Assembly: GCF_018977255.1 (NCBI RefSeq)
Contig: NW_024704743.1
Span: forward strand, 56,484,001 to 56,548,000
Source: Callorhinchus milii
Lineage: Eukaryota
Length of the DNA stretch: 64,000 nucleotides
Direction: 5' to 3'
Every line of letters begins with the position of its first letter. Position 1 is the first letter of the stretch. The notes below the pieces were generated by a model. It saw only the letters and a program-made list of their open reading frames with translations. It searched no databases and was not told the origin of the DNA. The position numbers and the translations under genes were made by a program. Below, one piece after another: positions 13,778-26,794 of the stretch.

Positions 13778-14200
13778 AAAATAATCCTTGCATTTGATAT
13801 AGCGTCTTTCACATCCCAAAGCTTTTCAAGATTTTACTCTTAAATTGTAGTGATTGTATTTTGTAGGTGAATGCAGGCATCAATTTACACACAGCAATGT
13901 CTAACAAACAGTCATGTGGTGAATGACAATTTTTTCTGGGGGATTATTGACCAGCAAACCAGAAGAAATTGCCTTCTCTTTTCAAAAGATACTATGGGAT
14001 CTTTAAAGTCAACTTAAAAAGACAGGATCTGAGTTTAACGTCTCATCCAAAGGACGGCATCTTTGACAATGCAGTGGACCTCCAGGCACTGCACTGGTAT
14101 GTAAACCTCGACTATATAAGCTGAAAGTCTTGACGTGGAGCATGAACCTACAATCTTCTGACTCAGAGATGAGCGTGCTTCCAACTGAGCCAGGCTGACT
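13778..14200 (-). mobile_element. Near full-length DeuSINE
   Basis: head cagcctggctcagttgg..tctgagtcagaag, Deu body gccgtcctttggatgagacgttaaac..aaagatcccatag, L2-type tail. Confidence 0.85.
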
Positions 14201-15317
14201 CCCAGTTCTGCACTATCTTATACTTTTATGATAAAATGGTCTCTCAAGCTAAGACTGGGTGCAATGTTGGGTCTTTGAAGAGAGAACCAGTAAGATTTCA
14301 CCCACCCCATTGCAAAATGGGGAAGTACATTTTTCATTCAGATATTTTTTGTACATTTCAAAGATGTTTGTATGGAATGGATCTGATAGTTGGTGAATCT
14401 CCATCCTCAGTAGGAAGTGCTACATGGGCTTGCAGTATTTAAAATTTCAAAGTTATAAACAGTGCGTGTGATGTGGGTGTCACGGTGGACATTTGCCACA
14501 CATTTGCATGTTGTTTTTCAAAACTAATCTGAGTGCGTAGGTCAACACAGCCCTGGTAAACAGATGGATATTTTGTTTTATAAAAAAACACATTACAGTA
14601 TCTTTGAAAAATATATTTTACTATTTTTGTTCAGAGTTTAAATGCCTCTTAGTTTAATACATACTGTAGATAATAGTGTGATAAATGATCCCCCATTGTA
14701 AATCTAAAACTGAGGATAGAAATGCTATTAATAACTATAAATGCAGGTGCTACACCTTGTAGGGAGTGATTTTTCAACTGTTAGTAATATATACGCATGA
14801 ATGACGAAAGAAGGAAAACCAGAGTTTCAGCAGTTACTGGTATTTCGTCCATTCTCAAATAGAAATCACAAGGTCGTTCTCACTGGAAACAGTGTTCAAT
14901 CAAAACAGAAATTCCTGCACTTGGGGAGTTTGTCTTGGCTTAAGTTCTGATAGTGTGAATTGGGCAAAAATGATCATGAAGGAAAGAGAAGAGAAAAGAA
15001 ACAAGTTTTGGAATTTGCATGGAGATGACGAGATATCATCTCTGGCAATGAGTCCACAGAGAAAGGGCATTTCACCTTGGCTTGTGTGAGAAGCAAAGGG
15101 TTTGGATTGATGACTGGCTCATGCCTCTTTGCCTGGATTCTTTTGTCTTGTGACTGAGAAATCTTTGTTGAACATTGGCTAACAAGCCAGTATACGGTAG
15201 TGCTTGTGCACTGCTTGCAACTTCATTTTTACAGGATTGTTCCAGGCAGTATCAGGAGACATTTGTGGTATAAGCCTGGCCCTCAGTGGTCAGATGCATT
15301 GAGCAGGTCACAATTGC

Positions 15318-15520
15318 TAACTTTAATATATACCTGAAGAGCAAACAGACAGGACCTCAGTTTAAAGTCTCATCTGGAGTTCAGCACATCCAACAACACA
15401 ACACTCCCTTGGCAAGGTAGTAGTCTCAGGCTGTACTATGAGCTGAAATCCTGAAGTGAGTTTAAACCCACAACCTTTTGTCCCAGATGTGAGAGCATTA
15501 CCGTCTTAGCCAAATGAATG
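15318..15520 (-). mobile_element. DeuSINE 5' fragment
   Basis: similar to 13990-14200. Confidence 0.65.
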
Positions 15521-15904
15521 TATATCAAATTGTATCCTTAAGGACAAACTGTCTTTAATCTATTGGAGCGGTGGAATATCATCCCCAAATCAGACTAGGT
15601 TCAAGACATTTTGTATTTAATTTTGATGCTCGCTTTATGATGCTTTCTTTCACAGCATACTTCTCTGGTAAAAGCAAACCATAAAAATGGCAACATATTG
15701 GGTTACAAATGTGATATTCAAAATGTGGAACTTGGAAGAGTTATTTGTGACTTCCAGGTTGTGATTGTGACTGGCATTTTACTTTCAGGCCTTTTCTTGA
15801 TCAAGAAACTTTCGGAGAAGTCCTTGGAATATAAAACATCAGCTGTAGAACACACTTTCCAATTTCAGGATTGATCGTGCTTTTTAAAGTAAATCTGTTA
15901 TCAC

Positions 15905-16130
15905 ATTGAAAAAAGAAGTTTGTTTCTCCCAGTGTCTTGGCCAACAATCCCCAGATGAAATTGTTCATTCACTTTTCGGCTGTTTGTGGGGCATTGCGGT
16001 GTGGAAATTGGTTCCTGTATTCACCTACAAAATACACAGTCACTATACTTTACTATATATCCTGTAAAGCCCTTGAAACTATCCTCCTGATATGAAAGGT
16101 GCTATATCAAGTGCAGAGATTACTATATTA
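15905..16130 (+). mobile_element. DeuSINE 3' fragment
   Basis: tttctcccagtgtcttggccaacaatcccc..gctgtttgtggg..tail. Confidence 0.75.
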
Positions 16131-16469
16131 TATATCTAGTTGCAATTATTGCAGCGACTTCCAGTGTGCCAATGCTGCATTTTCAATCCCACTTCATCCA
16201 TTTGAAGGTTAATCTATTAATGAGAAATTCACAATTGGAGCTATTTACATTTAAGCAATACTGTCAATTACATTGACAGCTAGATTGAATTTAGTCAACA
16301 AAATAAGGGATTATAATGGATGCTGAATGTAGAGTGGTGGGTGCAATTTATATACCACAAGAGTTCTGAACTGCAAACTCATCACAAGTTGTGATCAATA
16401 TCATAACATAGGCATACATTGTATCCCACTGTTCCTTCTCGTGTATTTTACTGGATAAATAATTGAAAT

Positions 16470-16850
16470 TATATGTCAACCCTATGATTTTCTGATTCCA
16501 GCTCACGTTGATTCTTAAATGATGCCAGTGTCTTTGCCTCAAGTATGACTCTCTATTCCAGTGTTTGCTTATCCTCTGTATAAAGAAATACTTCCTGATG
16601 TTTGGCTGAAATTGCCCATCACAACTCTGACACAATGCTCTCTTGCCCTGAATTTACATTCTCCATCTCATTAAACAGCTGATATATCTCTGAGATCCCC
16701 TCTTGAGACATCTTTTTTTCAAGATTGAAGAACCTCATCCCTTCAACGCTGGGGGGATCATCCTTGTGGTTCTCATCTGCATTATTTCTAGAGCCTGATT
16801 GCCCTCCCACCCCATCCTTAAGCTCCTCCGACCAGAACTGTATAGAAGGA
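16470..16850 (-). mobile_element. CR1 LINE 3' fragment
   Basis: NIRKYFFIQRISKHWN and IQFWS..FNLEK.M motifs. Confidence 0.7.
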
Positions 16851-17837
16851 ATTGATATAAATTTTAATTTAAATCGGAACTGAAGTGATTCACTCTGGCT
16901 TGGTTCCATTCAAATGTCAGCTTTGAATCAGGTCATGGCTTTTTTCGCAAAATGTTGTGAACCCTTCATTATAATATAATTTTCATGAAATATAAAAGCT
17001 ATTTTGTGTAGGTGGTGGCCTGTTTTATTCTGGATTGACTCGCTGCTTTATTTTTGCATCATTGGAAGATGGATCAGTTAGTGACTTTGATGTGGAATTT
17101 CTCAGCATGGTGTCCCCATGAATCGAGAATTTCTAGTCACTAGAATCTGCAGCAAAATCAAAATTCTGACCATTCACTTCCATTCATCCCGGTTCTTCGG
17201 TGAGTGAACAACATTTCCTCACAGAATTACTTGTTGGAATCCCAAACTAGCAGGTAGGCAAATACGTCGACTTGGAATTTTGCTTCACAATCCTATGTAT
17301 AAAGCTTTCCTGTTTCCCTCTATTTACACGCAGGCCAGAAATCTGCCTTTTTAAGCAGCAAAGTAAACCGTGGAATGTTATAATTTTAGCGCCATAGGAC
17401 GACCAGAAAAGAAACGATTGCAGGCTTCTAGAATTCCTCGATTCATCAATGACTGGATTCATTTCAGTCTGTGTGGGCTCTATCTGTGTGCAAGAATGTG
17501 TCCGGGGATCGGGAGAATATGGGCAAGTCCAGAGTGTAAATGTTGCACTAGGGTAAATATTTTGTGATCGCAACATTTTTCGGAAATACACTGTTTACAT
17601 ACAGGAAGACTTCAACGTGCCCTACATGGCGCCAAGCTGCTCTCAGTTTATTTTACCCACATGTTGTTGAACAGTTCGGGCAAGAGTCAGCAGAGTTTCG
17701 CAAATTATATTCTTTGTTAACTTTTTGTGGATTCCTCCAGAGACCTGGGAGCGTCCTTTTTATCACCACTGTATGAACAGTATTGAAGTGGAAGATGCGA
17801 TTTTTGCTCCACGTGTATATTTTTTGATGTCCTGACA

Positions 17838-18136
17838 CAGTGATGTAACAAGGCCCCAGGGAGCCCTGGTTCAAGAATATGTTAGGGGCCCCATTTCCAA
17901 AATCTAAAATTTTGTGACGGAGCCTCTGAATTAAAAAAAAATCTGCCGGTACACTGTACCGATGTGTACTCACCCACCTCGATCCCAAGAGACAGGTACG
18001 TATTTCCGAAACAGCTCAAATATTTTGTTGTGTGGGTGAGGGAGGGAACGAGGTATGTTTCCACTCCCACAACATTCCGCCATAACATGGGCCCTGGCGT
18101 GACTGCACCACTTGCACTATTGCAGTTACTCCACTA
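17838..18136. mobile_element. Non-autonomous DNA transposon (hAT-like MITE)
   Basis: degenerate TIRs cagtgatgtaac / gttactccacta, subterminal gggccc motifs, partial 8-bp flanks tcctgaca / tattcaca. Confidence 0.6.
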
Positions 18137-19109
18137 TATTCACATATATTTAGACAGGATGCTTAGCAAACAGGAAGACAAAATAATTTTACACTGTAAT
18201 GATTCTGGTTCCCTAACAAGGTTCTTTTTGAATTGTTTTCACTACGAAATGTCACTTTTGATTGACTGACTGACTGACTGACAGAAAGAAAGAAATACAG
18301 TGTATAACAAGCAGGTTATTGTAGATATTAATAGAATGAAGAACTGTTTTTACTTAGAATTACATATAGCATTACAGAACAGAACAGGCCTTTTGGCCCA
18401 ACTGATGCATGCAGGTGTTTATTCATCACACGAGCCTCCACCCCACCAAATCCCCTCTGACATATCCATCTATTCCCTTTTCCCTCATGTATTGCATGTA
18501 AGTTAATAGTACAGCTCTCTATAGAATGAACTCACTTATATCACAAGCAGGTTAATAATAGAAGTAGAGATAGAAAGAAATAGTTCATGCTACACTAGAT
18601 TAATGATGTCGATCTTTGTTTACTCAGTTTTCATCAGAAAGAGGCTGATAGATTTGTGGAATTAATAAATAACTAATATATAGAATCATAGAAATTATAA
18701 CACCAAAGGAGGTTATTCGGTCCATTGAGTCACTGTTGTTGCCAAAAACTTTACTGGAGTTAACTGCAGTACCTCTAATTCCTTTTTTCCTGCCCGCCCC
18801 ATATGTATAATTTGATATCATTAATTATTTAATTAACTGGGTTAATTATTAAAAAACACAATTTTCTTTATTTTCTATGTTACAGTGGAATTTCTATTAT
18901 AAAAAACATAGTGAAGGAGATTGCTATTTTTAGTGGTAAGCATACACTGTACCCCAATGATTTATTACCTTGGCTTAGGATTGGCAGAACTCCACGACTG
19001 AGGATACTTAGTGGCCTTTGGGAGCACAGGGGGAAATTGGTGACTCCTTATTTGGCACTGCCACATAGTTGAGTTTAAGTTTAATATCTCTGATCTACCA
19101 ATTATGCAA

Positions 19110-19215
19110 AGTTTGTCTAAATCTTTGGTTAAGCTGCAATGCATCCAGTTCTGGGCATCTCATTTCAGGAAAGATGTTGGAGCCTTGGAGGGGTTGCAGA
19201 GGAGGTGGCACAGCA
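19110..19215 (+). mobile_element. CR1 ORF2 fragment
   Basis: KSLV..QFWASHFRKDVGALEGLQRR. Confidence 0.7.
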
Positions 19216-19882
19216 TTCAAGGTGGATTAGCAGTGCAATGACATTGAAACAACAGCATACTGTCTGAAAGCACCAGATGTTATCCTCTCTGTTACTGAGC
19301 TGCCTCTGCGAGTGAACTGCTGTCATGCCAGGGTGTCCCAACATGCACCACCCAGGGGATAGCTCCATTGATATTGGCATGATACCTCGGAGTTGGTTGG
19401 CCACTTGACCATGGGGAGCACATAAGCGTGGACCAGACTTCCCAGGAGGAAAACTCCCCAGAAGCGCCTGATAATTTCACAAAATAATTATAAAACTTTA
19501 CCATCATTTGTGGTTAGTGGGGGATGGGGCAGATGTGGGAATAATCATCACAAGTGAGAATTATCACTTCACATATTGGGTTTTTGACTCCAGGATCACA
19601 GATTTCACATTTTAAAGGAAAATTGATAATAAAATGGAAACTTGAGAAAATGGTGGAAGTACTGTACATATGGTATGAGATATATGTGTAACAGCTTTGT
19701 AAATCTCCATAAAATTATCAGTGGGAAATAATGAACCAAATATTCGCGAAATACAGTGTCAGGTTTGTTTTTATGCCACCTATTTAAGGCTTAGCGATGC
19801 TAAATGTAATGTTGCATATTTTAATATTTAAACGGCTTGTTAAAAAACATGCAGTAAATCTCCTCTTTTCTTATTCCCACAG

Positions 19883-19951
19883 GTTGCATGTACGAAAAGG
19901 GTCCCAGACATTTCTATGATGACACCTGCGTTGTTCCTGAAAAGTTTGACT
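19883..19951 (+). CDS. ETV1: ETV1 69-nt coding exon
   Basis: cccacag acceptor, T|GTAAGT donor; encodes (G)CMYEKGPRHFYDDTCVVPEKFD. Confidence 0.95.
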
Positions 19952-20737
19952 GTAAGTGGATCTGTTTTTCTTGTTTTAATAGCTCAAGATTTGGCAAAAA
20001 GTGTCAGAATGAGTCATACAGGTTTACAAGATTCCAGGTTCAAACCCTGGTCATTGTTGGCAGTCGAGACATCACAATCGGCTCATGCCCCAGGCAAGGG
20101 AGCAGTCAAACCAGCCTATGCTACTGATAATCATGGAGTGCCCCCTGTTGAAAAGTGTGCATGTCCAGAAGTTGGGTGAGAATCATACATGGTTCCACTG
20201 TAATGTTTCTTTTTTCTACCCCCCTCACTATTGAATATATCTTCCCAACACTTGCTAAGCTAAGCTCAAAGTTGAAGAATGATTACTTAACAAAATCCGG
20301 GGAGCTGTTGATGTCAGTGAAACGTCAGCACTTGTTAGCGGCTTCAAGAGAAAAATGCAGAAAACTAAAGGTGGTGAAAACAAAAGATAAAGAATGTGAA
20401 TGGGATTTACAATAGGAATGAGCATTATTCTATCCCTCCTCCAGACCTATCAGATAGATTTTAAATCTTCACGACTTTCTTGAGGTTCTTGAATGTTTCA
20501 ATCAATCTTTCAAGGTCTATCTCAAGACCTACACTGTATTTTCAATTACCTTTTCCCCTTCCCACCCATCTTGGCTCCCATCCCTGCATGGATGCCTAGC
20601 TAGTACTGTTAATTACTTTGGGACGTCTTTCTGATATGAAAGGCACTATATAAATGTAAATGTATATTGTTTTGATTGAAATAAATCAAAAGTAAAAATA
20701 AAATTGCATTTGGTTTAGTGGAATCCTGTAGCTCAGT

Positions 20738-21190
20738 AATTAGAGCACTCAACTCACAAGTGTGAGGACCTGGATTCGATTCCCAGGTAGGGCAAAACGT
20801 TAGGCAAATTTCCATACTCCATCCGCAGTTTGCCTAGTAGTAAATAGGAACCCGGTTGTTAGTCGATTGGCGAATCATTTGTCCAGGGGTAATAATCCCT
20901 TCAAAAAAATAATAATAATTTGGTCATTTAATCCATGACGGTTTGAGGGACACTGCTGTGTGCAATTGGCTGCTGCATTTTGCCCATAAAATATATAGTC
21001 AATTCACTTTACAGCATAGTTCTGTGAAGCGCTTTGAGACGTCCTCCCGACGTGAAAAGCGCTATATCAAATGCAAGGATTATTATTATTATTATTATTA
21101 TAGTCAAATTCACTTTACAGCATATTCTGTGAAGCGCTTTGAGATGTCTCAGGGACGTAAGGCATCAAATCAAATGCAAGGATGATTATT
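20738..21190 (+). mobile_element. tRNA-Ala-headed SINE (long subtype) with duplicated tail
   Basis: A/B boxes gtagctcagt..ggattcgattccc, internal CORE-like segment, (TTA)n tail, second tail 21101-21190. Confidence 0.88.
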
Positions 21191-21191
21191 G

Positions 21192-21570
21192 TTATATTAG
21201 TGGCTTTCGGGTCAGGAGGATGGCTGAAACTTCTTGACAGGATTTACTGTAAAATGTAGTGACTGTATAACTTATCAGCAAATGTGACAGACTATTTATG
21301 AACAGCAATATCCCACAAACAGACCTGAAGTGAATGACCAATTTTATCTGAGGTATTGTGAGCCAGGACATTGGGAGAAACTCCCTCATCAATTTGAGTA
21401 GTGTCATGGGATCTTTAACATCTAACAGAACAAGCAGCTGGGACTTTGGACCTTGGTTTAACGTTTCACTCAAAGGACAGCACCTCCAACAATGTAGCAT
21501 CCATTCCCACCCCCCGGCCACCACCAATGTTGCGGAGTGTCAGCCTGGACTTTGTGAGTTCATTCTTTGA
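21192..21570 (-). mobile_element. DeuSINE, 5'-truncated
   Basis: Deu body on minus strand. Confidence 0.78.
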
Positions 21571-21571
21571 A

Positions 21572-22410
21572 AATAGAAGATTATAGGTCTGGAAAGAAAC
21601 TACTCCAGCCTAGCTGGTCTGTCTATTTAAAAAAATCACTAATTTCTCTACATATCCTTCAATCAATTACTTCACTAAATAACTATATAATTCTCTTCTA
21701 AATTTACTGACACAATCTGCTTCCATCCAATCGCTGGAAAGTCTATTCTATACATTCACCACTTTCTGTGTAAAGCAATAATAATCATCCTTTCATTCGA
21801 TATAGAGCCTTATTTTGTCTCAAAGCCCTTCACAAAATATATTGTAAAGTGACTTGAGCGAAAGTAGTAATGTGAAAAAGGTTACACAATTATTATGCCT
21901 ATACTATAGAATTTACAACACAAAAGGAGGCCATTCAGACCATAAATCCTTTGCTGATGTTGCCTTCTCTACTCTTTATATTTATATAGTATTTTTCATG
22001 TCAGGAGTCCTATACTCTAATCCGAACTCCATGCGTAATAATCCTGTGTGTGAAAATATTTCTTCCTTAACTCTTTCAGTGACAATCCTCACTGAATGTC
22101 TTGCAGTTACTGATTCACCAGCCTGTTGGAATATTCTATCATTATGTCTCCTCTCAAAATCTTTCAGTATTTTAAAACTTCAGTGGGTTCTTATCTCAAT
22201 CGACAATTTTTGGAGCCTGTCCTAATAATTAAAATGCCTTATCCCTGTTATCGTCTAAATTAATCTATACTCTAGAGTTTTCTATGGCTATGATGTGCTT
22301 TCTTTAACGGGATAGCCCAAAATGAACTCCTTACTCCAACTGTAGCCTAATCATTCTTGTATAAATTTAACATGAATTTGTGGCTTTTGCATTCAATTGC
22401 CTTAAGAATT
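21572..22410 (-). mobile_element. Degraded CR1 fragments
   Basis: CR1 3' ends (agaatttacaacac..ggccattc) and ccaaaatgaactccttactccaactgtagcctaa motif. Confidence 0.55.
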
Positions 22411-23645
22411 CTGGAAAGAATATTCTTTTGCTGGTCTCCATTGAAGTGAGGGCTGTCATTAAAAGAAGTGCTTGGTATTTGATTATTTTTTTACCAGAGA
22501 TGCTGACATTGCTGAGGATGAAACAAATGAGAAGAATATTATGTAGAAAAGCTTGCTGACCATGATTAAATCTAACCTGTCATCCTCTCCTTGATTTATG
22601 CCTATTCAGACATGTTCTTAGACGAATGCCCACCATATTGTGTTTGACCTAACAGTAAAATAATTTTTGCTTCTATGATGAATTGCACACTTGAATAATA
22701 AAAAGAGTGCGGTCTGAATTTGTTACACAGAAACCTGCGGTGTCAGTGAAATCTGGTCACTTTCCTTTTGTCGACTCAGTAATTTTATTTCAGAATTGGT
22801 TTTATTCAGGTCAGATCTATATCTCCTGATTACACTTTATTGCATGTTCGTGATTGTATAAATATTTATTAAACTTGAAATAAGTTAATTTCCTTTTGTG
22901 AATCTGCAGAATGTAAAATTGCCTCAAATCATGTTGCATCCCTGAAATCTTTTAAAGTTAAACACAAGAACCTTTTTGAAAGAAAATAATTACCGAAGTA
23001 CATTTTTAAAACCATTCAGTAACAGAATGGTGCAAACAGCAGTATTGAGAACGAAATGTGCCCATGTTGTAACCCATTGCTAAACTCGGCTCCATTGGGA
23101 AATTACATTGTGTCACACTGTACATGTTCATATTAATAAAATTTCATCTGTAACCATGAAACATGTTATTTCAGTCAGGAATTTGCCATTGTTGATTTGT
23201 ATTAGCACTAGTGACCCTTTGAAGCTGTCCCAAGTGGTACCCACGCTATTGTTGGTTTCAGTAGATCAGTGAGGATACATACATGTAAGGTCAAAATAAT
23301 CTGTTTGTGCAGGCATTTGGACTCAGAAAGGTTGGATGGATTTGCTCCTGAAACATCCTAGGTAGCTCAATTGATTGAACACTGGATTTGGGACCAGCAG
23401 GTTCTGGATTCTAATCCTGGTGAATCTATTGACTCCTTCACCTTTTTTGAGGTGAGTGGGGTAAAGTAAGGTTGAAATACCTCAAGGAAGACTAACACGC
23501 ATCTTTAAACAAAGTCATTGGTCCATTCAGTCTCTCTTCGGTCCTTCTGTCGATTTAACTTCCAGCATCTCCAAGGCCTGAATTCTGAAAGACACAAAGT
23601 TCTGCTCTTGTTATTGAACCAATGATGTATATTTTCTTTCCGCAG

Positions 23646-23815
23646 GTGACATAAAGCAGGAGCCAGGTATATATCGTGAAGGTCCCACTTACCAGCGCAG
23701 GGGCTCCCTCCAGCTCTGGCAATTCCTAGTGGCTCTGCTGGATGATCCAGCGAACTCGCACTTTATTGCATGGACGGGTCGTGGCATGGAGTTCAAACTC
23801 ATTGAGCCGGAGGAG
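23646..23815 (+). CDS. ETV1: ETV1 exon, start of ETS domain (170 nt)
   Basis: ttccgcag acceptor, GAG|GTGGGT donor; DIKQEPGIYREGPTYQRRGSLQLWQFLVALLDDPANSHFIAWTGRGMEFKLIEPEE. Confidence 0.97.
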
Positions 23816-23944
23816 GTGGGTTTCTAGCATTCTTGTATTCTTGTAACTAAGAACATAAACAGTAAAGGGTAGGGGCAATGTACTTGTATCTTTCTCCCAA
23901 CCAAACCAACATATTTCTTAATAAGAAATTGAATACATTATAAA

Positions 23945-24095
23945 ATGTAATGGTTTTGTATTTTGTAGGCGAATACAGCGTACAATTTGCACCCAACAAT
24001 GACCCACAAACAGCCAGGAAGTGAATGACCTATTTTTATTTGGGGAATTGTTGGCCAGGACATTGGGAGAAATTACCCCTCCTTTTTAAATAAAT
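23945..24095 (-). mobile_element. DeuSINE fragment
   Basis: cccacaaacagcc..gtgaatgacc..ttggccaggacattgggagaaa. Confidence 0.7.
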
Positions 24096-25174
24096 ATCTA
24101 ATGCTGTTTTGTTTGTACACAAATATTTGATTGTGCTATTTGCAAAAATGACATCAAATTCTCCTGTGGGCACTGAACAACACTGGGTTACGTGGCTCTG
24201 GACCCAATCCTTGTCGGGTCCCCCCTCTGCAGAAGTGACAGAAGGTCTGACTCCAAATAGCATTCTCTTAAATATGGTGCTTGGGAAAACCAGCTGCTTT
24301 TCGTTACGACTTAACTCGAGAGGTAAGCTTGCCTTAGGCTTTAAAACCATTTAGAAGGCTGCAGATGTGTAAATGTGATGCTTTCTCACCATTAACACCT
24401 AATGGAGTGAGACCGGGGAACAAAAAGTTTTGACTTGTCTTCAAGCACAACTAGGACACTTCCTACATTAGTGCTGCAATATTATTGAGTGTGAACTGCT
24501 GTGGGTATGGGTGTTAAAACAGGATTTTCTGCATTGCAAGAGATTGTTCCTTCAAGCCTTTTACACCAATTTCTTTGGCAAATTGATAGTTTGTCACTTG
24601 CCTTTAGCAGATGTGACTCGAGTCATATTGGGCAAGGATATTGAATTCCACTCTCATTGCAGAACATAGGCCAAAGAAAGCAGGAAAGAAGAAAATAGTT
24701 TCACTGAGAACAAGGGAACAGGAGTAGGTCATTTGGCCAAATCTGCTTCGTCATTGTACATTCATCATTACACACACTCTCCCTCCCCTCATTCAAGATA
24801 TATTTCAAACTGTACTGCATTAATCATGCTTCAGCCCATCTCCCCCCACCCCTTCAGCTCCCTCCCCATCTAGCTTTGTCAAGCACTTTGAGACATTCTC
24901 CTGCAGTGAAAGACACTGTATAAATGTAAATTATATTACTGTATATCAGTTGTACGGCTGAAATTCTTTCACCGCTTTCGAACGTCCTCTCAACGTGAAA
25001 GGCGTGATACAAATGTAATTTGTTTTTTCTTGTTCTTAAAATTCTATTGCAAGGAAGTCTCAGACAGGTGGGATGTGTCACTACTACAATCCAGTGTTGT
25101 CTGTTGTCTGAGAAAAGTAAAACTAAGGATAGAAGTGTCTTGTTTACTTGCAATTTTAGCCTCATAGAAACATA

Positions 25175-25322
25175 TGGGATACTGAGACACTGCTGTGCGC
25201 AATTGGCTGCCGCGTTTCGCCCACACATATACAGCCAATTCACTTTACAATATATTCTGTGAAGCATTTTGAGACATCTAGAAGACGTGAAAAGCACTAT
25301 ATCAAATGCAAGGATTATTATT
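25175..25322 (+). mobile_element. SINE 3' fragment
   Basis: gacactgctgtgcgcaattggctgccgcgtttcgcccac..tail. Confidence 0.85.
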
Positions 25323-26794
25323 TATCATATATTTATGGCTATATTGAAAAAAATTATTGAAAAGAAACTGGAAAAAAATAAATGCTACACTTAAAGGAAT
25401 TGTTGCCTTTCAAGCATAGAATTTTTTTTTAAATGGCAAAACAAGTTATTTCAAAACCGAAACATTTAGTCCATCTAAAGATTTGTAAGAGCTATTAAAG
25501 GCTGTCTTAATACTGATTAAGGGAAGAATTTGTAGAGTAACATAATAATGGTAGCTAAGTAAGCAGTTAAACAGGAACAATTAGATTTCATTGGAGCTAC
25601 CTTACAATTTTTACGCAAAAAAAGTGACAGAATTTCTTACATTCTTAAAAGAACATGTTGTTGATCTCTTAAAATACTGTCATTCCACTTTCGTCCTGGT
25701 GGAATCTTGCTCAAATGCCCCTTAATTCTGTTTCAAGCTGGTTGAACTTCCACTTGATCATTTATTTTATTTCAAGATATGTTCACACATAATATGTATG
25801 TGTGTGTTTTCTCAGAGTGTCTGTGTACATACCCATATTTATTATTTATCTTGTAATGGGCTGCAATGTCAGGATTCTGGTTCTCACTCTCAACTCAAAC
25901 TAAATGGGTGAGCTGCACCAAACGGGAGTCCTATCCCTGTTAGAGGGTTTTCACACCAGCACCATTTCTGAATACAGATCATTCATTCGGATTCTTGACT
26001 TCCTTTTTGGCACTGGGAATAGGGTGTTTACACAGTGGCTGAATCTGAATATTTGCACCAGGCAGCTCCACTTTGTAGCCAGGCATATGGATAAAGTGGA
26101 GTGAATCAATGTGCTTATCCATGCTGCTGTGATTTTCTCTACAAACAGACAATATGATTATGTCAGAGTCTTATGATGTGTGCATATATCCCCATCACTT
26201 TTAATGCACCAGATGTTTAAAAATGAAACGTTCAGTAGGAAACACAATTAAAGTTGGCAGATTTGTATGTTATGAAAGGGCAATAGAGGCTTCAGTCTAA
26301 GCTATACGGCTTTACATTTGAGCAAAATCCTTATGCGAACTGACAAGGTAGTTTACAAGAAGATTTTGCAGTAAAGCAATTTCAGGGTAGGTTAATCAAA
26401 AGGGTCATGCTGGCTTTTGAATTTCTGCTGAACTAGAAATTAGTTTTTTTTAGGAAAATGTGTTTGATTTGTGTGAATACGCACTTTGTTCTGCTTTCAT
26501 TGATTATTCAAAAGGAATAAGTAATGAGACATTAAACTAACGTCAAGTCTGGCATTTCAGGTGGACATTAAAGATCCAATGGCGTTATTTTGAAGAAAAG
26601 CAGGGAGCTTTCCTTGTATTTTTTTGGGTTACTTTGGAACCAGATCTAAGGCAACCCCGTTTAACCCACTCCCCTTCCCCTTTTTTACTAGCTGGTCTTC
26701 TTATATCCAGACCAATTCTTCCCTCATCCTGATGCACAGATTAATTTGTCATTTTATCTGACTAATGTTTGTGGGATGTTCCTGATGCAGATTA

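Noticed and set aside
9899..19951. Two consecutive 69-nt phase1-1 exons as duplicated, mutually exclusive exons
   Set aside because: Negligible sequence similarity; both are present together in full-length ETV1
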